From Octopus bimaculoides (lineage: Eukaryota), in assembly GCF_001194135.2 (NCBI RefSeq), contig NC_068990.1, positions 25,392,287 to 25,456,286 of the forward strand: a DNA stretch of 64,000 nt. Direction: 5' to 3'. The notes under the pieces are model-generated. The model saw only the letters and a program-made list of their open reading frames with translations, was not told the origin of the DNA and did not search any database. The translations under genes and the position numbers were made by a program. This document shows, piece by piece, positions 13,792 through 26,399 of this stretch (the first letter of the stretch is position 1; every line of letters starts with the position of its first letter).

Positions 13792-14239
13792 ATACACACA
13801 CACAGATGTGTGTGTGTTCATATGTTTTCTAGCATTTGTTATTTATGATGATTACATATAACGCAAGCAAATGCTTTGTGTAACCAGCTGTTATATAAGT
13901 TCCTGTTTTATTTTATCAAATTTCTCATCAATGAAGAAAAAGATTGTTTCTAATCTAGAGACAATACTGTTTCATCAGAATTTAGATAAAAATCAAAGCA
14001 AGGTCGTCTTGTTTGCATGTACTCAATACAAATGTAAAATGCAGAAGTTTATTTAAGATGGTCTACAATAACAGGCTTAAATAAGCTAGATGTATATGTA
14101 TCATCATTATCAAATGTCCATTTTTCAATGCTTGCATGGGTCCAATGTAATTCGCTGAGGCAGATTTTCCACATTTGGATATTCTCTCTGTCACCAAAAC
14201 TCACATCTTTCAAAATAAGGTAATATTTTCCGATGATCT

Positions 14240-14461
14240 AAGGTGGCGAGCTGGCAGAAATGTTAACACACCAGGCGAAATACTTAGCAGTATTTCATCT
14301 GTCTTTACGTTCTGAGTTCAAATTTTGCTGAGGCTGACTTTGCCTTTCATCCTTTCAGGGTCGATAAACTAAGTACCAGTTGTGTACTGGGATAGATCTA
14401 ATCGACTAGTCCCCTCCCCCAAAATTTCAGGCCTTGTAGCCTAGAGTAGAAAAGAATATTT
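14240..14461 (+). mobile_element. SINE family A, near full length
   Basis: aggtggcgagctggcagaa...gagttcaaat...cctttcagggtcgataaa...cctagagtagaaaagaatatt. Confidence 0.9.
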
Positions 14462-14742
14462 TCCTATGGTTAGACATGTTTTGCATAGAAGACTGGAAAT
14501 AAATAATGCTACTTGTATCACAAAATTATTACAAAATGACAACACAAAAGTGCACATGCACACACACACACACACACACATACACACACACACACACACA
14601 TGATGGGCTTCTTTCAATTTCCATCTCCCAAATCTACTCATAAGGCTTTGGTTGTACCAGGATTATAGCCCAAGGTTTCACACAGTGGAACTGAACCCAA
14701 GACCATATGGTTGGGCATTAAACTTCTTAACCATACCATACC

Positions 14743-14804
<62 letters not shown>

Positions 14805-14842
14805 TAACAACACACATGTATGTGTATGCATGCATATGTGTG

Positions 14843-14880
<38 letters not shown>

Positions 14881-16859
14881 CACACACAAACACACTCACA
14901 CAAATGTATGTATCCACTCACACACATACATACAGAGTAAGCTCTCATATCTAGCTCAACAACTGGGACCAGAGTGTTGCCAGATAAATGAATTTTCTGG
15001 ATATCGAATCATCACTTAAATTATCACAGGACCCAATGTAACTCATTAGAATTCTATACGTACATCATTATCAGCATTAATATTTTGAATATTGTATTAA
15101 CGAGAGGAATAAGAAGAATTATAAGTATAATCTAAGTAAAGAACAAGTTTTATTAACTATTAAAATACAGATTCTGTAAATGCAATAAAACAAAATACTG
15201 TCCTGTACATTGAGAAATAATGATCCAGTTTAGATACAGTAGAAACTTTCCTTTTTTTAATGGCAGTTAATTAGTTAACACAAATTAATACAAATTCTCT
15301 TGACTCTAATTAACACCACATTTGAAAAAAAAAATTTTCTGGGTGCTGGTTGCTGAAGAGTTTTGGTTATTTGAGTACCAGATAAGAGGGAGTTTACTGT
15401 GTCATCTTGCCCACTCACCCAGCCCAAGACTTTATATCACTTCACCTGTTCACACCATCCTCAATGTCCCTTGAGGGCATTTTCTGACACATCTCCATCA
15501 CCATATTTTTCTCTAACACTCGTTATCTTACTCTATTACTAACACTCTCATCTTACTTTCCAACTCACTCTCCTTTCTACTCTATAAGTAAGACAGCCAT
15601 ATCTGTGCCCTCTCTACCTTAAATCTCCCAACTAGCTCAAAGCCACATGCCCTCAATACTACTCCCCCTACCTCTCAGTTGAGGGGTTTCTGTCTTACAA
15701 GGTACTTGGTGACCCTATTGGTGCTGTTGCCACATAAAATGTACCAGTGCTTGTGCCATGTAAAAAGCACTGGTTTGGTGCCACGTAGAAAGCACTGGTG
15801 ATGATGTCATGTAAAAGGCACTGGTGGTGGTGCCACATAGAAAACACTCAGTACGCTCTGTGAGGAAGGGTATCCAAAGCAGACAATGGAACCTGGTGTA
15901 GCTTCTGGCTTTACTAACTCCTGTCAAACTGTCCAGACCATGTCAACATTGAAAACAGATGTTAAATGATGATGAGGATGATGATATGTATATATCCAAA
16001 CACACACTCACATACATGTAAGCACGCGTGGAAAACTTAGGTTTTTCCCTTCATTGCTAAATCAAGTTTCATCTGTCCTTCCTTAAAGATGATGAATAAC
16101 AAATCAGTTGTATTTAACAAAGAAATTTGCAATTATTTGCACTTGAAAAATGTTGGTGGACATCTTAGAACACAACTAGCTTGCTTATTTACAGGAATGG
16201 AACTGATTTTTTCTGCAGGGCAAATATCTTAAAAGGCAAAAAGACTGACAGGTGTCTAATATTGCAATGAACTGACATGCCTTTAAGCGAAAATGAAGAA
16301 TTAGAACCAAAATGAGTACACGTTTCATTAGGTTATTCAGTTCCACTCTGATCTAATCCAATTCTTATTTCTATAACTATACTGGCACTATAATATCTTT
16401 CCTTTTTGTATGAACTACTTTCAGTTTATTTGATCTCCACACTTTCACATAATATAATCTTTTTTCAAGTTAAAATTTCAACTTTACTTTGATGCAATTG
16501 TAATATTAGGACATTTGCATGTACAAAATAGATTTCAATGTCATTATTTGTTTAGCTTTTGAAATTTATTTTTCAAATTTCATAAACAGAATAAATAGTT
16601 AGACATGAGTAATCATTCTATAAAGGAAGAAAATAAGCCACCAGAAGGCATTGAGTAAGAGGATTTGAGCCTTTATATGAGTCAGGTTATTTATGCATGA
16701 AGATATTCCTTGCCATCTTAGTACACATGTACTACATTCCTGTTCACAAGCAGTTAGCTTCTGTACAGGAATGGAAACACTTTTGTCTTTTGAGATTAAA
16801 CCCTAAAAACACAAGGAGACTGATAAGAATTTAATTATAGCAACAACACTAAATATTAT

Positions 16860-17300
16860 TATAGTATCAAATTTTGGCACAAGCCAGCAATTTTAAGTGG
16901 AGGGGCAAGTTGAATATATTGACCCCAGTACTTGACTAGCACTTACTTTGTTGACCACCCTCCTCCAAAAAATAAAAGACTAGGTTGACCTTGGCAGAAT
17001 TTGAACTTAGAATATAAGGAACCAGAAGAAGGAAATGTCACTATGCATTTTGTCCAATTTGCTAATGATTCTGCCAGGTTACTGAAGAATAATAATAGTA
17101 ATCGTTTCTACTATAGGCACAAGGCCTGAAATTTGAGGGGAGGGGCTAGTTGGTTACATTGACCCCAGTTTGTAACTGGTACTTTTTCCATTGATCCTAA
17201 AAGGATGAAAGGTAGAATTGACTTCAGTGAGATTTTGAAATCAGAATGTAGAGCTAGAAAAATACCACAAAGTATTTTTTCTGTGCCAATTCACCATAAT
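16860..17300 (-). mobile_element. Two tandem SINE A copies (decayed); another at ~17945-18155(-)
   Basis: Core and tail motifs as above. Confidence 0.75.
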
Positions 17301-17852
17301 AATAATAATAATAAATAATGCTTTCATTTATTTACCACAAGGGTGAAGGATGAAGGGGACAATACAAAGACAGACATAAAGTGTGGGGGTTTACATATAA
17401 ATAAATGATAAAAAAAAAGGAAAGAAAGTAAGTAAGTATACACTGAAAAAGAAGGGACATATGCATAGCAGACAAAGGTTAACAAAAAAAAGTGTCAGGG
17501 AGGATGATAGAGATGTGGCCCTCCTGATACAGGAATGGGCAACATCCCCTCTGGGGATAATCGAGGAACCCCACTGTCAAAAATTTCCTTGAAACCCCAA
17601 GAGCAACTGCCCTCTCCAATTCCTTCTCTCTGACTCACAGATCTACACTTAGAGAAATACCATCCACTCTTGCCATTTTCACAACTTTCACCCACCTTTC
17701 AATAAACTCACTCGAGGACAGCACTTCCCTCGCCACTCTCAATTTCCTTTTCAAATGAAACTTGAAGTCAGTGAGAGTTCTACCAAAGAGGAATGGATCT
17801 TTCAGCCTTGTCCACCAAACATCCTCTTTCGTCACAGGCACCAGGAAAAGGC
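17300..17852 (-). mobile_element. L1/Tx1-like LINE 3' end (ORF2 C-terminus plus 3' UTR)
   Basis: Minus-strand peptide TKEDVWWTRLK..FLFGRTL.DFKFHLKRKLRVAREVLSSSEFIERW..RVDG..L*, resembling L1/Tx1 ORF2 C-termini; 3' UTR ends aataaa then (ATT)n. Confidence 0.65.
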
Positions 17853-19486
17853 AACATCTAAGACAACTTGTTACAAGTTGCCTTAGATGTTAGGATTCTT
17901 TTCTTTTCCAACAGTCTAATCTGTTGAGTGTATATGAATAATAACCATAATAAATATGGGTGCAAGGCCAGTACTTTTAGTGGGAAAGGATTAGTCAATT
18001 ACATCAACTCTAGTACTTCACTGGTACTTTATTTTGTCAACCCTAAAAGGCAAAGTTGGCCACAACAGGATTTGAACTCAGAACTTAAAATGCCTGAAGA
18101 AAAAAATACCGCTATGCATTTTGTTTAATGTGCTTATGAATCTGCCAGCTTTCTTGAGAGTTTCTTACAACCTCTTGTCACTGTGTGTGTGTGTATGTGT
18201 GTGTGTGCAGATATATATGTTGAATATGTGGTGAAGTTAAGTCGGTATGTATACATTTTTTTGCTGCCTTTTGATCTTTCAGGGGGCTTTGTATAATACA
18301 AATACTGTCTGTACTCGAAGAATGGATGTCTGCTCTTCAGCGACATTTCTCAATGTTCACCGTGATGACTGGATGCTATTACTGACTAAATTTATGCTGT
18401 ACTCATCTCAGCTAAAACAAGTTTCAGCAGATTTTGTGGCATTTGAATTGACTGGGGGATTGTTATAATAACAGATATAATGCTGTTGTCTCTATTGAAG
18501 ATTCACATGTTAACACAGGAAGAACTAAAAGAACTATTTCCGTACGTCTGTCTGAAGGGAGTGGGATAAGAAGGAGAAAAAAAACAAGGATTAAAAGGAA
18601 AAAAAAAAAAACGAAGATTAAAAGGAAAAAAAATATGGAAATAAGGAATAGTGAGTTAGAAAAATAAAAGATAAAAAAAAATTAATGCAAAAGATTCAAA
18701 GGAAAACAGCAAATGAATAATAAAAGCTTTAGAAATGAAAGGTGATTTAATGAGAAGGAAAAAGGAGAAGAAATAAAGAGATAGCTTGTCTCAGATATGA
18801 ATAAATGAATATCGAGAGAAATGAAAATGAAAGGAAATCAGGCGTGTTTTGGGTAAGATGCTTCATTTACAAAATGTTTTGGCAATTTTTTTACAACTAA
18901 AGCTTAATTGGAAAAGAGATACAGCTTATCAATCCAAAAGTATGTCAAGGCAAAGACATTGATATAGAAACTCGATGCTAGACATATTCCTCTCCTTGTT
19001 TGAAGACCTTTTAGCCGTAACCACTATTAGTGGCTACCATACTCCTTTGATGCTGATCAGTCACTCTGTCATTATAAGAATTTAGAAACTTAGAGAGCTT
19101 TGAAGTAAATTATTTTTAATGACAGAACTCAAAGTAGATAAAGTTATAAATAATAGTGTGACCATTACCCACTAATTCACTTCATACCTCCCAAAGTCAC
19201 TAAATTCTCTTAGTGTGAACATCTTACAATTCTCACAGGTAAGACTGAAGTTTCAAAAATGGATGGAAAAGATTTGAAGAGCTGCTTTGTTGTAATGGTT
19301 AGCATGTCTGTCATGTTTACAGATGACAGTTTGAGTTCCACATACAGTTTTCAACTTTTTCCTATTCATGTAGAATATTTATTTAAAAAATTTTTTTTAT
19401 TGCCCACAGGGGACTAAACATAGAGGGGGCAAACAAGGACAGACAAAAGATTAAGTTGATTACATCGATCATTATATATAAAAAGG

Positions 19487-19528
<42 letters not shown>

Positions 19529-19670
19529 TACAAATAAAGGTTACAAACCTCATTAAGGGATATCAAAAACCTATGCTTGGTTACCTATGCAAAGAATGTT
19601 GAATATTACAGTTAATACTCAACTGCAATGTAACTATATATACTGTGGTTTATATATATATTTATTTATT

Positions 19671-19799
19671 ATAATAAGATAAGAAAATAGAGAGATAATT
19701 AATAGATTATTATTTATTAATCAAAAATTATTTATTGTGAATCTTTTAATTAATAAATAATAATTTATTAATTATCTCTCTATTTTCTTATTTTATTAT
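19671..19799. repeat. AT-rich inverted repeat, 51-bp arms (2 mismatches), 27-nt spacer; possible tiny MITE
   Basis: ataataagataagaaaatagagagataattaatagattattatttattaat (19671-19721) pairs with 19749-19799. Confidence 0.8.
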
Positions 19800-19819
19800 A
19801 TATATGCATATATATTCAT

Positions 19820-20040
19820 GTGTGTATCTGAGTTTGTACCCACCACTGCTAAGCAACAGGTGTTGGTTTATTCATGTCCCTGTATCTTTGTAGTTCAGCA
19901 AAAGAGACCGATAGAATAAGTACCAGACTTAAAAAATAAGTTCTGGAGTAAATTTATTTGACTAAATCCTTCAAGGTGGTGCCCCAGAATGGCTGCCGGC
20001 TTAAACAAGAAACAAGACTTAAACAAGGAAAAGCTAAAAT
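19820..20040 (+). mobile_element. SINE family B, 3' half, CpG-decayed; other partial copies ~9590-9780, 14560-14745, 35270-35345, 55205-55355, 56495-56835
   Basis: aaaagagaccgatagaataagtaccag...ccttcaaggtggtgccccagaatggctgc. Confidence 0.75.
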
Positions 20041-21943
20041 AAATTTTAAAAAGGAACAAGGAAGTAAAAAAATGGTTAATAAAAACAGGATGAAGTTTCA
20101 ATTATATTTTATATGCCATATGGTTGTTTTGTCTAAAAATACATATGTACACTTTCACAATGGTTGGTTAAGGTTAAAAATACACAGGCACTGCAACAAA
20201 ATCGAATATTCTCAGACCACCAGTATTAAGTATTCCTTACAAAAGTTTGCATTACAAAAATATTATTAATTTGCTTAATTCAGCTTAAACTGATATTTCC
20301 GATCCTCAGAGCTGGAGTTTTGAGAGAAAATATAATTGCTATTCATTAATCCGGTGCAACTCTGCTACATTTTGGGTTTATGTAAGCTGGAGTAAGGGCA
20401 TTTCTTTTTTTAATTGTTTTGCATTTTTAATGAAATTCTTGCTCAATAATTAATAATATTGATTTTTAGACTGTTTATTTTCGTTGTAGTATTTTTGGCC
20501 TCATTGGCCATACATCTCTTGTTGTATGATTGAAAACACAACTGATGATTGATTTTTGTTAAACAAAAAAAAAAATGTAGGAAGTATGGGATCAGCAGGA
20601 AGAACCATTCCAAAAATAGACCAGGACAGTCATGATGTGATTGACATAGAAATTGTTTTCATTTCAAACTAACATTCAGGCTTCATGTTCATTGAACTAG
20701 TAAACAAAGATTGTGTAGAAGAGAAAATAGGACTATTATAGGACAAATGATAATGATTTTGGTAGGAAACAGGTTGAGATATGTACAAATGTACTGTATT
20801 TGTAAACTCACCAAAAGGGAGGAGAAATTATTGATAGTACTGTATGAGGAATTTAGTGAACATATGTAACCAAAATTGAATGTAATGTTTAAAAGTCAGA
20901 AGTTACAATGTAAGACCCAAGCTAAAACTGAACGTTGGGCAGTTCATGATAGCATCAAGAGTAGGAGTGAAAGAGTGATAAACCAGCGATGCATTGGATT
21001 ATATTTGGATTAAATTCCAGAGAAAGTTTAGGAATGTTTGGAGTGAATTATATAAACCTGAAGATACAACACCAAGGCAAAGTGTAGTGATCTTCAAAGA
21101 ATGTTTTTGAGTGATAGTGATTGTGAAAGAAAGATAACCATTATTCACTGAGTAATGTTTGAAAACAAACTCAGAGGCAATTCAGAAATGTTTAGGCTTA
21201 AAAATTTGAATGAATTATGTAGATTGTTAGGCATGAAACTAAAGCAAGGTGGAGTGATCTTCAGAAAATGCATTTGGGGCAGACAATCATACATTTGTCC
21301 TATGATAGTTTTATCTTTAGATTAGCCATGCAGCATTGTATGAATTTCTTTTTGGTTTTCTTTTGTGCATGCTTCCTGTTCATACTGATGTGGGGGCCAT
21401 TGCCAAGATGCACTTTAAATGTAATCGAATGGTGGCAATGACCTCCTAAAATGGCCATAGAGGTATTTAAATTGATGTTGTGGAACTCATTTTTGCTCCT
21501 GGACTCTAACCTTCCATGCTTTTAAGAACTGAACTTGTGTGTGGAGAGTAAAAAGACTTTTTAAAAAAAACTTTAGTTGATTGATATTTTATCTTATATT
21601 AATTTTTTTTATTTAGTTTTTTAGTAGTATGACATCCTTTGGAATTTTTAGTCATTAGTATTTACCTTTTTGATAGGCTGTTCTGTATATTTGTATTTTA
21701 TTCACATATATATTTTTACCTTGTTTTTGTATATGTATATTTTTATATGTGTGAAAACCATGGTAATATTTATATATGATAGAATGTTTGAGGTATGGTG
21801 TTATATATAAAGTCGTTGATTTGAATCTGATGTTTGTTCTATAATCAATATTTCTTTATCTCTGTCTCAATGTTGAGCGCATCTTTTTTACAGTCTCATA
21901 AATCCTTTTGTTTCCATAAAAAGAGACAAAATTATTTCTTGTC

Positions 21944-22002
<59 letters not shown>

Positions 22003-22205
22003 AGGTTAGCCTGTAGATCACGCTAACAGAAACAGCAGTAAGTTGAGATTGTCTTTTTTTAATTAATTAATAAATGATAATTGATGTAAATCAGTTGTTA
22101 TTCATCAATTTTATCTCCATTTTCTGCTTTCCTTGAATATTGATAAACCTTAGTTTATTCTTGTCATTATCTCTCATTTATGAGCAGTAATACCAATGCT
22201 CATGA

Positions 22206-22394
22206 TTAAATAAATACCAATCCCTCTGGAATAAAGTTAAAATAATAGACAGAGAACACCACTGGAAAATACGGAAACTAAAAGAAGCAGCACATATGCT
22301 AGAACACAACAACCTCCTAAGCAGACTGAGTTCAGATATGAGTAGCATATGGGAACCAGTATTAAGGAAGGATAGGAGAATATTAGATTTATAA
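22206..22394 (+). pseudogene. Penelope-like element, C-terminus of the GIY-YIG endonuclease ORF (5'-truncated)
   Basis: Frame from 22224: LWNKVKIIDREHHWKIRKLKEAAHMLEHNNLLSRLSSDMSSIWEPVLRKDRRILDL*, matching the PLE pattern W..VKI.D.E..W..RK.KEA.H......L.R....LS..W.P.L. Confidence 0.75.
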
Positions 22395-22403
22395 GCCCTA
22401 AAA

Positions 22404-22480
22404 TTCACTCCATAATTGCCCATGGCTAAGAGTGCGGGCTACTAACCCCAAGATTCCAAGTTCAATTCCAGGCAGTGACC
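22404..22480 (+). ncRNA. tRNA-like (pseudo-tRNA, ACT anticodon loop) inside the Penelope-like 3' module
   Basis: Acceptor tcact/agtga pairing, 7-nt loop CT-ACT-AA, 5-nt variable region, TTCAATT T-loop with B-box aagttcaattcc, A-box-like tggctaagagtg; several stem mismatches, so not a functional tRNA gene. Confidence 0.6.
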
Positions 22481-22552
22481 TGAATTATAATAATAATGAT
22501 AACATCGAAAAATACCTTAGGAATGAGAACCCAGGTTCGAAATTTCCCCCAA

Positions 22553-22598
22553 GACACCTGATGAAGGCTGGAGGGTATATCAGCCAAACCGTTGTGTT
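22553..22598 (+). ncRNA. Minimal type I hammerhead ribozyme motif, mutated core
   Basis: gacac CTGATGA a ggctg-loop-cagcc AAACC gtt gtgtt; the GAAAC box is changed to AAACC. Confidence 0.6.
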
Positions 22599-23161
22599 AA
22601 CAACAAACAAGATGAGGACAAATATCCGTCAAATGTAAATAATGCAAAGATGAATATTTATCCCTTTTTACCAGTATGAAGGTCAAGATATATATATATC
22701 TATGAGAGAGAGAGAGATGAACAAATGTAAGAAACGAGAACATAACACAAGTACTCAGAATTGTGAATATTTAATAACAGGTTGACTGAGATCCACATTA
22801 TTCAAAGTTTCATAGATACAAATGAGCATCTAATATTGTACATCTGAAAATGTCGACATTCAACAGTATATATGAATCTCCTTGAGCCTCTATTTCTCTG
22901 TCTCTCTATGCCAGCCCCACTGCCCCGACTAGCTCTTGTGCCTGTAGCGCATGAAAAGCACCATCCAAACGTGGCCGATGCCAGTGCTGCCTGACTGACT
23001 CCTGTGTTGCTGGCACATAAAAAGCACCGTTAGGAAGGGCATTCAGCTGTAGAAACATTGCCACATCAGATTGGAGCCTGGTGTGGCCTCCTGGCTTGCC
23101 AGTCCCCTGTCAAACCGTCCAACCCATGCCAGCATGGAAAACAGACGTTGAACGATGATGA

Positions 23162-23164
<3 letters not shown>

Positions 23165-23252
<88 letters not shown>
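23165..23252. repeat. (TA)n(GA)n compound microsatellite; a CA/TG/TA low-complexity block follows to ~24010
   Basis: Direct reading. Confidence 0.95.
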
Positions 23253-23257
<5 letters not shown>

Positions 23258-23719
23258 ATACATGCATTTGTGTATGTATATACATGTATATACATATACA
23301 CATTCATATTCTTGAGTGTATAACCATTATCATCCTGGGGAATTTCATCTCGTTCTACTTTACCTAACATCCAAAATTATCACTCAAGGGAGAGCTATAT
23401 TCCCCATTGGATCGTATCAGAAAGATTCAGATTGGTGGTTGTTGTCACTGGTGCCGGTTTGTGGTGAAGGTTGATAGTTGTGGTGTTGTCGTTGGTGTAT
23501 TTGATGTTGTGCCAGACTTGTGTGTTGATAGCTAATCTATTTGAGTTTGTCTTGTGGAAATATACACCCTAAAACATATAGAACTATATACCGAAAGTGA
23601 ATGTGTAAGACTGCATCAATGCACAAAATGCACATATGTCCATCATACATGCTGGTACACCACATTTCCACACATGCACATGTGCATATATACACCTGGG
23701 TATATGGGCTTGCAGACTG

Positions 23720-23789
<70 letters not shown>

Positions 23790-24079
23790 ATGTGTGTGCA
23801 TAACTGTGTGCGTGCGTGCGTGCGCGCACATGTGTACGTATGTATGTGTGTGCATATATAAGCATATGTGTGTGTGTGTGCGCGCGCATGTATGTGTCTG
23901 TGTGTATATACCTGTGTTTTGTGTTTGTGTGTACATAAGTGTGTGTGTGTGCACACGCATGCATATTTGCCTGTGTGGTACGTGTGTGTGTGTGTGCATA
24001 TATGTGTCTGAAAGCTGTCAGTTTCCAGAATTACATAGGCCTATATATCCTGTCAAGCAAATTTATAAGATGTAAATTT

Positions 24080-25770
24080 GTAAGATTGAAAATATATACA
24101 CAACTATGTGTAATGATACACTTTTATTGGCTAATTAATGACGTGAAAATCATTTTCACTATTAATCAATGAAGAGTTATTAGCAATTAAAGTTTGAAAA
24201 TTTTGGTGATTTTAGCCAATCGTAAGTCACAGACACATTCATGCCTGTTTCCATAGTAATAAGCGGAACACAAGAACTCTTTTGTTTCCTAGAAAGTATG
24301 TGCCTGTTTCCATAGTAACAATCAGAACCGAGAACTCCTTTATCTGCGAGAAAGCATTTTTTGACAAATTTGACGCTGAGTTGTGTTGGAAATTTTACTG
24401 TTTAATTATGACAACAAGCTCCTGTAACCTCGCTTCTATGATGGAGACTGTTATGTCTCACTACTGCTTTCAGTAACTCTTCCATTTTTGGTGCTATTAG
24501 AAACCTCGTCGCCACTGTTATGTCTCAAGCTACTGCTATCTAGCACCTTTGGATGATCTCTACTCGACTGCTACTCAACAGTCACTCCACTCCTCTACCA
24601 CGGCTAGACTACCTCTATTTATATGTCTTGGGAGATCCTACTTCTTCGCTTGGGGGCGTCGACACAACAAAGACACTGAAAACAGAGGAGGATACTGTGT
24701 CGTACCTTCAAGAAAAGGGTGTTATACCCAAAAGAAAACTATGTAAAAAGAAGAGGCATATTATGTGTACAAAAAGACGTGGTAGGAACATGTACTGGTG
24801 ATTCTCGCGCCGAGAATGCATGGAGTCTTTGTTGGTGAGGAAAGACATGATTTGAAGATGGTACCCTTCCTCTTAGGACTGTAGTGCTCTTCTTTTACTT
24901 ATGGGTTAAGGAATTGACTTCAGTCCGGTTTTGTTCACTATTATTTTCATGTATAACATATAAACATGTACATCTTTCAGAACATTGTCATTTTATAAGA
25001 TTTTACTGGCAAATTTGTAAATTATCATAAACATTTATTTACATGAAAGAAAATTACCGAAGAACTTTCATCTAATTCTTCCAAATCCTTCTGCTAAAAT
25101 TTTATTGAAACCATTTGTAGGGGAAAATTGTAATGTGTTTATCGCATGTAATGTGTTGTTTACTCGTTTCTTTTTATCATTGAGGTGTGCTAAATAGTAA
25201 CTGCTAAATAACGTTTTTTTGGATAAATCTTTTAAATTAACATAAACCTTTATTTACATGAAATAAAATTACCGGAGAACTTTCGTTTAATTCTTCCAAA
25301 TCTTTCTGTTAAAACCATTTGTGGGAGAAAATGGTAATGTGTTTATCGCATGTAACGTGTTGTTCATCACATTTGCATTAAATGTATATTGAATGTTTAA
25401 AACTACTTGTATCTTTTTGTAATTGAATTGGTTGTGATGTGTTAAAAATAACAGCTAAATAACGTTTTTTGGATAAATCTTTTAAGTTCGTGCTATCGCA
25501 TTAAATGCATATTGAATACTTCAAACTACAAAACACGTGTTGTTTACAAATATTGACAACAGGTGCTGTTTTCAGGATGTTGACAACAAAATGTACAGTC
25601 ATGCACAAAATGACAGCTTTCTGTTTCGTGACTGGGTAAACATGATCAAACTTTAAACTTCTATAACTTTTTAAAATCATTTTTATGGAAAAAGTGAAAT
25701 AACTCCAGAATTCAGCTTGTAAAAGTATATTATTGTACCAAATTGTAAAAATTTCAATAAACTTTGATTT
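24080..25770 (+). mobile_element. Merlin (IS1016-like) DNA transposon remnant with internal ~220-250-bp tandem duplication
   Basis: 24680-24920 reads LKTEEDTVSYLQEKGVIPKRKLCKKKRHIM...YW*..RRECME..VRK...GTLPLRTVVLFFYLWVKELTSVRF, resembling the Merlin N-terminal zinc-ribbon region; duplicated block 25029-25170 / 25242-25370; loosely inverted termini 24085-24210 vs 25640-25765. Confidence 0.55.
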
Positions 25771-26399
25771 TTGAATTAATGGCAGCCAAACCAACTAGAT
25801 CCACCCTCCAAATATTAATTCATAATTCACCGCAGTTACTCAATAAACAACACGAAGCATTTTCTACATGTAAGCATAAGTTCTATTCCACCTTTAGATG
25901 CTTCCATAGGTCCAAATGCAAGTAAAATCAACACACATAACACTTGCTTATATGCATCCATGGTCGTTACAATACACGTACATTTTTACTTTCCTTTCTT
26001 CTCTATCAACATAAATATCTTAGAAGCTAGCTAGCTTTAATTCTTTAATTTTTAATTTAAAAAAAAATTTAACTTTTAAATTTTAATTCTTTAATTTGTA
26101 TCCTTTATCCATTTAATTGTAGTTTTATCCTATATACACCCCCTTAAGCTAGGCATCTATTTTTAGTTATCCTTACTGACCACTGATCACATCTAACCTA
26201 GATTTCATCTATTTAATTAATAGATATAACTACCCTCCTCCTCCACTTTACTGATACCTTAACACCTGACCTCTCACCCCGAACTTCGCTCTCAGCAAGT
26301 TACGATGAGGCAGTTGTCCATAGTTATTCTCTTTTTCTTCGATTTTCAAAGAGATAGTAGTCGGAGTATTCAATCGTGATTCACTGGAATATTGTCCGC

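Noticed and set aside
16600-16815. Minus-strand acceptor followed by a 67-codon open frame
   Set aside because: No recognisable homology or good donor; expected by chance in this much AT-rich sequence
22404-22480. Functional tRNA-Ser(ACT) gene
   Set aside because: Broken D, T and anticodon stems, no long variable arm, no T-run terminator, and embedded in a repeat; SINE heads are rejected as tRNA genes for the same reasons
23043-24172. Many overlapping ORFs (YIYI, CVCV, HTHT, NNNN, ERER) here and elsewhere
   Set aside because: Translations of dinucleotide/trinucleotide repeats; no coding signal
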